Assembly: GCA_030141605.1 (NCBI GenBank)
Contig: JAQGDQ010000356.1
Location: forward strand, 179,308 to 243,307
Direction of reading: 5' to 3'
DNA length: 64,000 nucleotides
DNA from: Tubiluchus corallicola
Lineage: Eukaryota; Animalia; Priapulida
Below, piece after piece: positions 53,701 through 64,000 of the stretch; position 1 is the first letter of the stretch, and each line of letters begins with the position of its first letter. The translations under genes were made by a program, and so were the position numbers. The notes under the pieces were generated by a model. It did no database searches. It was not told where the DNA came from and worked only from the letters and a program-made list of their open reading frames with translations.

Positions 53701-54874
53701 ATATAATGCACTCATTTATGGCAGACCAAAATCAGAATGAAACCGATAGTGAAATGTGTTTTCACTAGATTTTTCATGGTCAGAAATTTAACTATCCACT
53801 TGGACACGAGGCTTAGTAAAAAAAACATCCAGCGGGAATATAAGTTATTGACAACCAGATCTAATAACAGTTTTACAAAAACTCAAAAATGATTTGTTTC
53901 CTTTACAAGTTTGTGTTCGTACATTAAAAAATACTTTGTGTGTGTTGTCGTAGTATTAATTAAATTATATTATGAAAATAACAATTGACCCAGTTTGCCA
54001 AAAAGCATAAAAATTTATTTGGACCAGTTTACACCCCGCAAAAATGTATGTTTTTATCTTTAACTAGTAAGCATTAAAAACAAGCATAAACAAACTGCTC
54101 TTACAGACACTGTGCACAGAGGGACAAATGTTATCTACAAAGAAAAGGGGACGTTACCTACAAAGAGAAGGTCTAATCTGTATAGTTTGAGTTTGTCTTG
54201 AAATTTTGCATCATCACTTGCACATGCTGCACGCAGAGCTTGTCTGAACAGTAACTAACACTTGTGTCTAAACTCTCGCTGACAGTTAGACGTAGCTATT
54301 TTAAAGGTTACTCGTTGAATAAGAAATTGAACCAAGCTTAATATAACATTGCCATATAATATAACATATAATACATAAAGTATAAAAAACAACCAGAGCT
54401 TGCGTAACACACTCTTAACTAACTAAACAAAAGCAAAAATTACTTTACCTTTACGTTTTTCGTTGTGCCAGTGGTGCATATTGGGATGGTGAAAGTGACA
54501 TTTTACCAGTTGGCACCAACATTTTAAGTTATTTAAAAAACTTTTTCCAGTAGCATAAGTTTTTGAAGCAGGAAAGAGTAATGCTAAGTAATATAATTCA
54601 TTGAAATTTAAAATCCCCCCCTCTTCCTGTTTAACTGTTAAATTTTTAAGCTTGTTGCTTGTAAAAATAATTCAATGTAACAAGTACAATTTAAACAAAT
54701 GTTGTTTAAGATGTTGTTTAAAACAATCTAACGAATTTGTAGGACGTACAGCAACAAGTTGTTCGCGATATTAGAATCGGGACAGTTCTTCGCAGTTGGA
54801 CAGCGGACAACATTCTTTCCAGTCCCGATTTCCCTTCAGTTCATATCAATCGAACATTCGCTGCGCATACAACT

Positions 54875-55110
54875 TATTTGTCCATCCCAGTGACACACGT
54901 CTGATTACCTCAGCTCTAGTTGTCGTGTCCCAGTGATGCCGTCTAGGACACCCCATCTCCCCCCACGGTCACTACATGACCATGCGCATTCACTTGCCAT
55001 GACTTATTTGTCCTTCCCAGTGCTACACGTCTGATTACCTCAGCTCCAGTTGTCGTGTCCCAGTGATGCCCTCCAGGACACTCCATCTCCCCCACGGTCA
55101 CTACATGACC
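54875..55110. repeat. About 128-bp tandem duplication
   Basis: acttatttgtcc...acacgtctgattacctcagctc...ccccacggtcactacatgacca, two copies. Confidence 0.85.
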
Positions 55111-56036
55111 AAACAAAAATTCAACCATCCTTTGCCTCAAATTATCATCATTGTTCGCCACACCAAATCTTATCCCTGCTTCGCACGGTCGTACACATAC
55201 ACCCATGCATCGTAGAAGTAGTGCAGTCTGTAATAAGGCTGAGACGGATAACTGTTTAACCGTTACTTAGCCAAGTTTTCTACGTATCCGTATTAATGAA
55301 ACCTTGTATCTTTTCTGAGTTGGCATACACAGTTAGCTTACATAAAATTGTACTATTTACAACATTGTTTCAATTAATCTGGTTGTATAAGAAGCATCTA
55401 AATGGTAAATTATGAAAAGTTTTGCACTCGCGAATGTTACGAGGATGCTGCCATGTTGGACACTCATGCTGCCACATAACAGATTTGAACTGCACCACTT
55501 ACTCAGACAAGGAATGAATGAACCATTAATTTTAAAAAATAGAAATGCGAAAGAAAACAGGCAAAATACAAATATATTTAACTAAAATGTGTGCGATTAG
55601 TATTTCGACATTTTTAAACACAAAATTCTACAAAAAAATTTATTTTTGCTTGTTGAGACTCTGTTACATTAACTTCTCACGATGTAGTCGGATAAGATTA
55701 CTTATCCGCCATGCAGCATGGCACGATTCGGAGGGGGTAATTGTGTCGTTGATACTTTCTTATACAATAAATCGAATTTTGCTGTTCAAGAACTTCTTTA
55801 AACATTCAAAAGGGTTCATAATTTATTCACGTTCTGAAGAAATACTAAGTTGAGTGCATTTCTATGATGATATAACGGGGTTAGAGTTGGGCAATTTCTT
55901 TATATTAGTTTGTCGTGTGTATCTGATATTTTGTTATATGTATGACGTCATAGGGAAAGGTTTAAACGGTTAATTAAAAAACCTAACCGTAACAGCAGCT
56001 AGGACATTTCAGACAAAAGAAGAAGAATGAAAATTA

Positions 56037-56207
<171 letters not shown>

Positions 56208-56566
56208 TTATGTGGTACTTATACTAGCTTTGGTCAGTAACTACCTGTGGTGTGTTATAAAATGAATATGAAAGTATATCCATTTTCCGAGAATAAAAAA
56301 TTTTTCTAAAACGTGACGCCCTCTTACTTCCAGAAAAATATTTCTAATCTATACAGAATTGTATGATTATATACAATATCAGGACTTTTTAGTTTGAGTT
56401 CTTAGACCCTTTGACTCTGTTAAGAAATTAGGTAGATTCCAAAGTTTCTTATTTAACAAGTACATATCATTACAGTTTAACATATGAATCTAGCAGAATT
56501 ATACAGTTGAAATTTCTTGCTGTAAAGAAATTCATACCAGTACTACGTAAAATTTACATTACTTGA

Positions 56567-57209
56567 AGCACAAGAAAACCCTCCACTTACATAAAGCTTC
56601 AAAAAATTGTCTTGAAATTTTATATCACATACACACTACCTTTTTGCATGCAGGGCTTGCAGTAACGCTGCATAAAATATGTAATTTAAACCTTGCGATG
56701 ACTGTTAGTTGCAGCAATTTTGACGAGAGGTCATGTGAAACAAGTTTAGATAACACCAAGTAAATATAGCATTCATAGTACACACGTCACTAAGTACAAT
56801 TTTAAATTACTGTATCTTGTCAATAAGATTAAAAATACGTTTTTTGGTCAGTGAGTGGCACACCCTTCAGGGTCAACGACATTTTATCAATTGGCACGAA
56901 CGTTTTAAATTATTATTTCTAATTACATAAGTCTTTCCAGCAGGTAAGCAAGATGCTAAGTAATATAACTATGCATGGAAAGCTTTTCTGGAACACAATT
57001 TAACATTGCCTTTGAGTCTTCCCCTGAGTTATATTTGCCGCAGGTGACATCATGCAAAAGTGTCGTCAGAACAGTATTGCGGGAGATTTAAAATGAAAAC
57101 AAACAAAAATTCCCTTTAAGTAGGATATGTGCATAAAATTGCTGTATAGTAATATAATTTTTAGGGTGATTTTTCCGAAACCCACTTCAGGTGCCCCTTC
57201 TCTCGTCCT
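56567..57209 (+). mobile_element. Family C copy 2
   Basis: Colinear with 13777-14491; ends CTCGTCCT|TTAA. Confidence 0.75.
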
Positions 57210-58299
57210 TTAATACAGCAACGTTTGACATTGACAGTCTAAAAATCATGTAAATTACTAAATTTTATAATTTGTTTGAACTCTTTTATGATTAAAAACA
57301 AATAAAGACATCCTAGGAGGAGAACCTACCTTAATCAAAGTAACATTGTTATAATATTGACAGAAATTACAAGATCTAGTACTGCTACTTCCAATCAGTA
57401 AATGGGTTTTGTTTTGAAAACTTATTCAGCATACTACAAGGTAAATATTAGCTTAGCTTTTTTTATAGTTTTCACTTAGAATTTCCAGGCCAAGCACCTA
57501 AATGATTTCACAACATGTTGCGGAATAAATGACAATTACTTTGTGAAACAAAACAACTTGAGAAGACTTGATTTCATGTATTTAATCATTTTAACACTCC
57601 ATAGTTAATTACCCATCACAATTTTCATCAGTTGTCACAAAGATGAATTATACACTGTGAGTAACATAAATGTTCTTACTTAAAGCTGACAATAAAAAAC
57701 TCAAAACCAGAAAAAACGGGATTCAGTTCAAATTTGGTAGTAGAGCGGATTCCACTCTTACAAAAAGTTTCAAAAGGAAATAATCACTGTCTGTTCAATT
57801 TGTGGTTCTGTTGAAACTCTTTCATTCGTCATCTGTGAGTTTGTAGTGAAATTCTTCCACACAATAAAAACTTTGAGATGACACATTTTTCGTTTATTTA
57901 CTAAGCAATCATAAAGTAATCTTTATTACATGAAATTATGTTACATATAATGATATATATATATATATATGTGTGTGTTCACAGCAGTAACAGTGAAGTT
58001 CACCTTTTTTTAAAGTATGTTGAATAAATTTATCTGACATTTCATTTTGAGTTTTGGAATGAAGTTATACATCTGAAATGGGTCAAGAACTGTAATTGGC
58101 TGTTTAATTTATGAATTTATATGTTCTATTCTAAAAATAAATCAATGAAGTTCTAGTAAATAACAGGAAATTTAGTGGAGTTCAGTGTCATGATATGAAC
58201 ATGATTCCACAACAGTGGGAGAGACTGGTAAAGTTGTTTATAGCAAAATCCAAATCAAGGGGTACTTCAAACTCGAAAGTGAGACCGTACGATCATTTA

Positions 58300-58554
<255 letters not shown>

Positions 58555-58663
58555 TTATCCTGGCACACATTAATTACAATTACAACAGCTTATATCAAAT
58601 AAAACACAAAAGTTTATTTCCAAAATCATCCCATATTAATTTAAACGCTAAACCAAGGCGGAG

Positions 58664-58690
58664 TGACGTCATCACTTCCGTCGGCACGTG
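58664..58690 (-). promoter_or_regulatory. Putative scrib promoter cluster: CRE + ETS + E-box
   Basis: TGACGTCA (58664-58671), CGGAAGTG on minus strand (58673-58680) and CACGTG (58685-58690) within 27 bp, about 150-180 bp upstream of the ATG, in a local CpG-rich patch. Confidence 0.6.
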
Positions 58691-60654
58691 CTGCCATCAC
58701 CTGCTTGAATGTAAAAATTTTGAATGCAAAAAGTTCACTTGGCACGACAACATCCTTCTCAGTGTTGGTTTGTTCGTAGCCATATAAAAAACTATTTGAT
58801 TTGTTTAGATAACCAACTCAGTTAAAATCCAAGTTTGCAGCTGAACGGATTTTATGGAAATCAGTAATTCTATTGGATTGTTGTTTCGTTTACAATTTAG
58901 GTGGTGGATTGGGTATTTTATTAATACAAATTGATCAGCAACACTAAGGAAATGAGAAAGTTGCTAACAGGTCGCAGAAATTGTGGAGAAAATAGTACAT
59001 TACCTTCGCAACATTCTAATATTGGTATTATATTTTGTTATACCACAGATTCAAAATGGAATTTTCAAGTAGCATAATACGTCGATCGTTTTCCAGGTTT
59101 GGTTATTCTGGTACGTAAGAGGATATAATCTTACCCACAGTCGGCTGTAGACTTCATCCTTATTAATTTTGTTTTTGACTGTAATTGGTGTTTCGGCCTG
59201 AGGATTAGCACTGACACTATAGTTGTTTTTGGCTTAATCATTTGCGACGTAACCTTTGTAAACAAGCTTGTTTTACCGTGATGCTTGACTTCTATTTGTT
59301 CTCATTTGTGTTCAGGCAATACAAAGCTCTGTCATTTACTCATTGTGAGGCAAATTAAATTCTCATAAAAATTTGGGTTCTATAGAAACCATAACTGCGT
59401 ATCTGTTAACATTTCGGAAGCGGAATGTTCGTATATGTTTTCCATCATTTCAGGAATAGAAAGAAAAGATTATGTGCACTGTCCGTAAATTATTGATCAT
59501 CAGTGAATGGATTTTTTAGCAGTTGTAGTTGTAGCGGCAAAAATTAGACATCCTCAGATGTTGGTATGCATGATGCTGTGTAATATTTGGAAAGGGGCAT
59601 GCTACATATGTAATTGTGCATATACGGATTATTACTGCAATATTTTGATTGTCAGGGCAATAACATTAAATTTTTGATGTTGCTTGAATTTCATTCACTC
59701 ATGACTGAAGTTTGTGATTCCTCGCGAAAATATTGTTGTCAATGGCTAGGATATCAAACAAAAAACAAAATCACAAGAGTATATGAGTGAAATCCCAAGG
59801 ATAATAATTTTGTGACAGACCACCTCTTACTTCAACCCGGTAAACTGCCAATTACCACCGCCATCTGCTCCACTGCTTTGTCAATCCAGTAAATTGCTGA
59901 GTCGCACCAGTCACCACTAACCGCTCTAGCATTATGTTAATCCAGGAAATTATAATTCATTCTAGAACACTTTAAATACCATGCACAGTAACAAATCTTT
60001 ATGTTACCATACACATTATATATGATGGCACATTTCTTCAGGTGTAAGGAAATATACAAAATGTATCGAAAAACGTAAAATTATATGAAAAATAACATCT
60101 AAACAGAGTTGGAAACAAAACTCATCTAAATGTCAAACAGTGTTCACAAATATTTTCTTACGATACAATACAAATACATCATGAATGCAATGCCAATATT
60201 GTCATGAAACGTTAACGGAAATCTGCACTGAATGCTTGTTGAGGATACAATAATATTACTGTTATTTTATTATCTATTTTAGAGATATATAGGCCTATGA
60301 CCGATGATTGTAATAAAATGCACCTTACGAGTAAGTTCGTCTTACAAAAATATAAATTCAGTAAACATTACTTTGGACAAGGAAGGTCTATTTAAAAAAA
60401 GAAAGCAGTAAATACATGAACGAAACAGCTTCTAGGAATGACCATGTTTATTGAGCGAAGATCATTTTGGCTACAGTGGCCATTATTAAACTATACTATT
60501 ATCAAATACTAAGCCCGTTGATTTTTTTACTATCATTATGTTGTTTTTATTGCACTAATCATGTGAATGATCTTGTTTGCTAACACTATAATCTTTTTAT
60601 GAGTTATTTATGTAAAGTATACTCGAAATAAAATGATGTTAATAATAATAAGTC

Positions 60655-60990
60655 AAGGAACAAAGAAGAATGAATAATACATTAATGATCCAAAGGCACA
60701 AACTGAAACTACAATGCAACAGATTAAAATTTGATTTATCAAAATAAACAAGGTTGTAACGAAAGAAATTACAGAGAAATGTAAAAAAATGTTTACCTAA
60801 CCCGCGAGAACAGCGGGTAGACAATTAGTCCTGTCTACATAATGAAAAACCAAAGCTGTAAGCAGTACAGTTTGTGCCTTTGCATCATTAATGTAATTAT
60901 ATCCTCCTTTTGACTCGGTTTATAGTTTGATAATGACTGTAGTAGACGAAACGATTGTCACTCAATAAACAAGGTGGAAATACTAAAAAC
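60655..60990. repeat. Same repeat as an inverted plus direct pair, with a hammerhead-like motif at 60924-60962
   Basis: AATACATTAATGATCCAAAGGCACAAACTG versus CAGTTTGTGCCTTTGCATCATTAATGTAATT form an inverted pair; AGT-TTGATAA-T-GACT-GTAGT-AGAC-GAAA-CGATTG-TC-ACT. Confidence 0.55.
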
Positions 60991-61071
60991 TAAATACTTT
61001 TCTTGATGCATAAGATAGCTGACAAAGTTTTCTATTTTGCTTGTTTGAACGTATTGCTTGAAACTTGGACC

Positions 61072-61948
61072 TTATGGCAATACCGCTTCTTCTTCAGTTG
61101 GATCTCCTGCTGGATTATTTGGGAAAGGATAAGAAATGGGACATTCTTGACAAGTATAGAAACGGACTTCCTGTGGTTCTTTCCAGTAAGGCATTGTTAC
61201 ATTATACGCACAAGGAGCCGTACGGAAAGTGATCTTACACGGTTCTTCTCTCTCCACATACGCAGAGGAGGTTTCATCACACCATCTCCATGGATCAAAT
61301 GATTGTATCTGTGAAAGTGGTGTAGGATCGCGCATCCATGCCAAAACTTGACTTAACGTTACGAAGTAAACCTTGTCATCCGCTTCCAACTCATCCAGAA
61401 AACGTGACATGGCTTGCACGCCTACGCCACCGTAATCAATGAGATCTTCTTCAAACCATCCAGCTCGTAAGAAAAGTGGAAATGGAGCTCGAGTCTCCGC
61501 ATGACGGTTGTACTGCAACCGCAAGAATGCGTACATGTCCTCAACAGTGTCATATTGAGCGCAAGCATCGATTTGATTCCCACAAATCGTGCCGTTTAGG
61601 TAGGTCCAGTCCAGCATTGGAATCTCCCACAGTCCGTGCAATGATACTGTTGGACATCCAAGAACAACGCATTCATCAGTATGACTCAGTGGTGAGAGGT
61701 AGTCAAGTGTGTGAGGAAACACTGGTGGTTCAATTTGCTTCGTAGGCATTGACGAATCATAAGTGAACCCATTTTCTTGCAACATGCGGAAATAATTGTT
61801 GCTCACTTCCAGATAAGGAGCACGTACTCCTTTCACAAGCTCGCTAGGAACTTTCCCTAAATTTTCCAAAATGATTCGATGGTTAGCTATTTCATCTCTC
61901 AGTTGGTCACTGCTGGCTCTGGACCACCACTGACTTGGAAGACGTTGT
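61072..61948 (-). CDS. Chitin deacetylase-like protein, last exon
   Basis: ttcctttacag acceptor; QRLPSQWW...GVRAPYL...FTYDSS...GLWEIP...RAPFPLFLRAGW...VYFVT...WMRDPTP... ending at TAA 61072-61074; frame continuous with the previous exon. Confidence 0.92.
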
Positions 61949-62367
61949 CTGTAAAGGAAAAATGTGAAGCCAGATCATTAAGTTGTAATACAAAATTTGT
62001 ATCTATAAAAGATATCCTTGGGCTTCCCACCTTAAGGTAAGAGATTGGAGTTTTTGCCAGAGGTGACCTCGCCACGGTCAGACATAAATTAAAAATACAA
62101 TTACTGCCGCTAGAACAAGACAGAAACATAAAAGAGCAGATGTCATTATGTTTGCTAGTTTTACTGAATTAAAACCACGTTGTGCAACCATTGTAAAGCC
62201 AACACTTTGAATTTTTGTAATTAAGAATTTCAGAAATATACATATGTACAAACTGCGTGTGCTATAATAAGAACGAAATGCTGATCTTTAAAGAAACACT
62301 TTTTAGTTTTCAAATTACAAAACTTCTCTATGCTCAACTGGTGCAGACATGTTGTGTAGAAGCTTAC

Positions 62368-62535
62368 GTTATAGACAATGATCCAATTTCATGGCCGAGA
62401 TAATTCAAGTACTCGATTCCGTAGTAATCACTGTAAATATGAGTGGGAAAGAATGTTCCAACAGTGTCACATCCGTTGGGATTCTTTCTTCTAGTTCTGC
62501 CCTTGTCACGAGAAAACAACAAGTTCATCAACCAT
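62368..62535 (-). CDS. Chitin deacetylase-like protein, penultimate exon
   Basis: tttgctttatag acceptor; WLMNLLFSRDKGRTRRKNPNGCDTVGTFFPTHIYSDYYGIEYLNYLGHEIGSLSI(T) with NPNGC..TFF and GHEI motifs; 168 nt; GTAAGC donor. Confidence 0.9.
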
Positions 62536-63059
62536 CTATAAAGCAAATATAAGCAAGGTAAAAATACATTGAAAAAAAATTGGGAACAAAGTTTGTCGTG
62601 AATTGATTCATGAGTTCATTTTATGAACTTTCTGAACTCTTTTAGGTGACAGTAGAACAAGTGATACTATACAGTGCCTAAATGTAATGATTTTCTTACT
62701 TGACTGGTTTCTGTTGTATTGCTCAAGGTCAACCAGTTTTAGCTGGTTTGAGCTTTCTAGTGTTTAATCAAGTTATTCACAACGTAGTGTACGTGGAAAA
62801 CCAGCCAGTAATATTGTGAGAATGTTTATGCAACTAAATGAATTTGATTTACCTTGCAACACATGTTGACAAGAGCTTTTCTTACAAAATTTCATCAAAA
62901 CAGTCCAAATTAATAAAGTGATGGACTACGAAGCTTTTCTGGAACTAATAGTCCACATTTGCTCACCAGGGTTCAAAAAAGATATAAACGTTCTTGAGAG
63001 TTTAAGAAACGATGCGAAAAAGTGCTGGTAACATTAGGATATAATCGTTGTCAACAAGG

Positions 63060-63430
63060 AAAGTTTCATGCTGACCTTAAGTAAAGTTTATACTGACCTC
63101 AAGGAGAGTTTATGCTGACCTCAGTGAGAGTTTATGCTGACTTCAAGAAGAGTTATGCTGACCTCAAGGAGAGTTTATGCTAGCCTCAAAGAGAGTTTAT
63201 GCTGACCTCAGGAAGATTTTATGCTGACCTCAAGGAGAGTTTATACTGACCTCAAGGAGAGCTTATGCTGACCTTAAGGAGAGTTTATGCTGACCCCAAG
63301 AAAAGCTTATACTGACCTCAAGAAGAGTTTATGCTGATCTCAAGGAGAGTTTATGCTGAACTCAAGAAGAGTTTATGCTGACCTCAAGGAGAGTTTATAC
63401 TGACCTCAGGATGATTTTATGCTAACTCAT
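63060..63430. repeat. 22-bp minisatellite, about 16 copies (deacetylase intron)
   Basis: Unit gagtttatgctgacctcaagga. Confidence 0.9.
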
Positions 63431-63553
63431 ACAGTTATAAAAATCAAAAAATGCAATGTAAGTCTTTCATATCGGTGCGTTTCTAGCGGTCGAAGGTGTG
63501 TTGCGTTTAAGAAATGGGGCGCCAAATTAATAAAGTAATTAAAATATAGATAC

Positions 63554-63695
63554 CTGAAGTCATGTAATCTGACTCCACTTTCCCATCCAATCATTACCAT
63601 TTGTGGAATTTCTTCAGGCGTTAGACCACCCGGAGGATTGGTGCTTGCGCAAAGGCAGTCAGGCAGCTGACATCGCTCTTCATCACACGGTGAAG
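63554..63695 (-). CDS. Chitin deacetylase-like protein (CE4/NodB fold), internal exon; upstream exons lie outside the window
   Basis: ttttctttgcatag acceptor; SPCDEERCQLPDCLCASTNPPGGLTPEEIPQMVMIGWESGVRLHDF(R) fits the invertebrate CDA pattern C..C.LPDC.C...PG.L....PQM; 142 nt; GTATCT donor. Confidence 0.9.
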
Positions 63696-63709
63696 CTATG
63701 CAAAGAAAA

Positions 63710-64000
63710 TTCTGTGAGGAACCCATATGACAGAAATTCATTTAGCTAATTCTCTACATATACTTTCTGTGAGGAACCAACATAACAGAAATTCATTTAG
63801 CTAATTCTCTACATATAGTTTCTGTGAGGAACCCATACGACACAAATTCGTTTAGCTAATTCTCTACATATAGTTTCTGTGAGGAACCAACATAACAGAA
63901 ATTCATTTAGCTAATTCTCTACATATAGTTTCTGTGAGGAACCAACATGACAGAAATTCATTTAGCTAATTCTCTACATATAGTTTCTGTGAGAGAACCA
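63710..64000. repeat. 55-bp minisatellite, at least 5 copies, running off the window
   Basis: Unit ttctgtgaggaacc...acagaaattcatttagctaattctctacatatagt. Confidence 0.9.

Overview
AT-rich animal genomic DNA; the 5S-like sequence suggests a mollusc or other lophotrochozoan (inference). Most of the window (154-58512, minus strand) is the 5' part of a Scribble/LAP-family gene: eight small GT-AG exons (863 coding nt, all in frame) encode the N-terminal LRR region, and the gene runs off the left edge. At the right end (61072-63695, minus) are the last three exons of a chitin-deacetylase-like (CE4/NodB) gene whose metal-binding and catalytic residues are all substituted. The introns hold about 20 unrelated minisatellite arrays (roughly 17 kb), several non-autonomous DNA transposon families (TTAA Kolobok-type, hAT-type, PIF/Harbinger-like, pogo-like), tRNA-derived SINE heads, tandem tRNA-Thr-like pseudogenes and a LINE remnant. 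The best leads are: (1) a composite 5S rRNA + RTE 5'UTR + RTE 3'-end SINE-like element with a possible HDV-like ribozyme remnant; (2) the apparently dead deacetylase; (3) a dispersed repeat carrying a minimal hammerhead fold with the U3-A8 core variant; (4) inverted MITE copies at both ends of a 16.6-kb intron; (5) recurrent tandem amplification of transposon termini. Nearly all long ORFs in the supplied track are repeat artefacts. Family assignments are from recall, not database searches.
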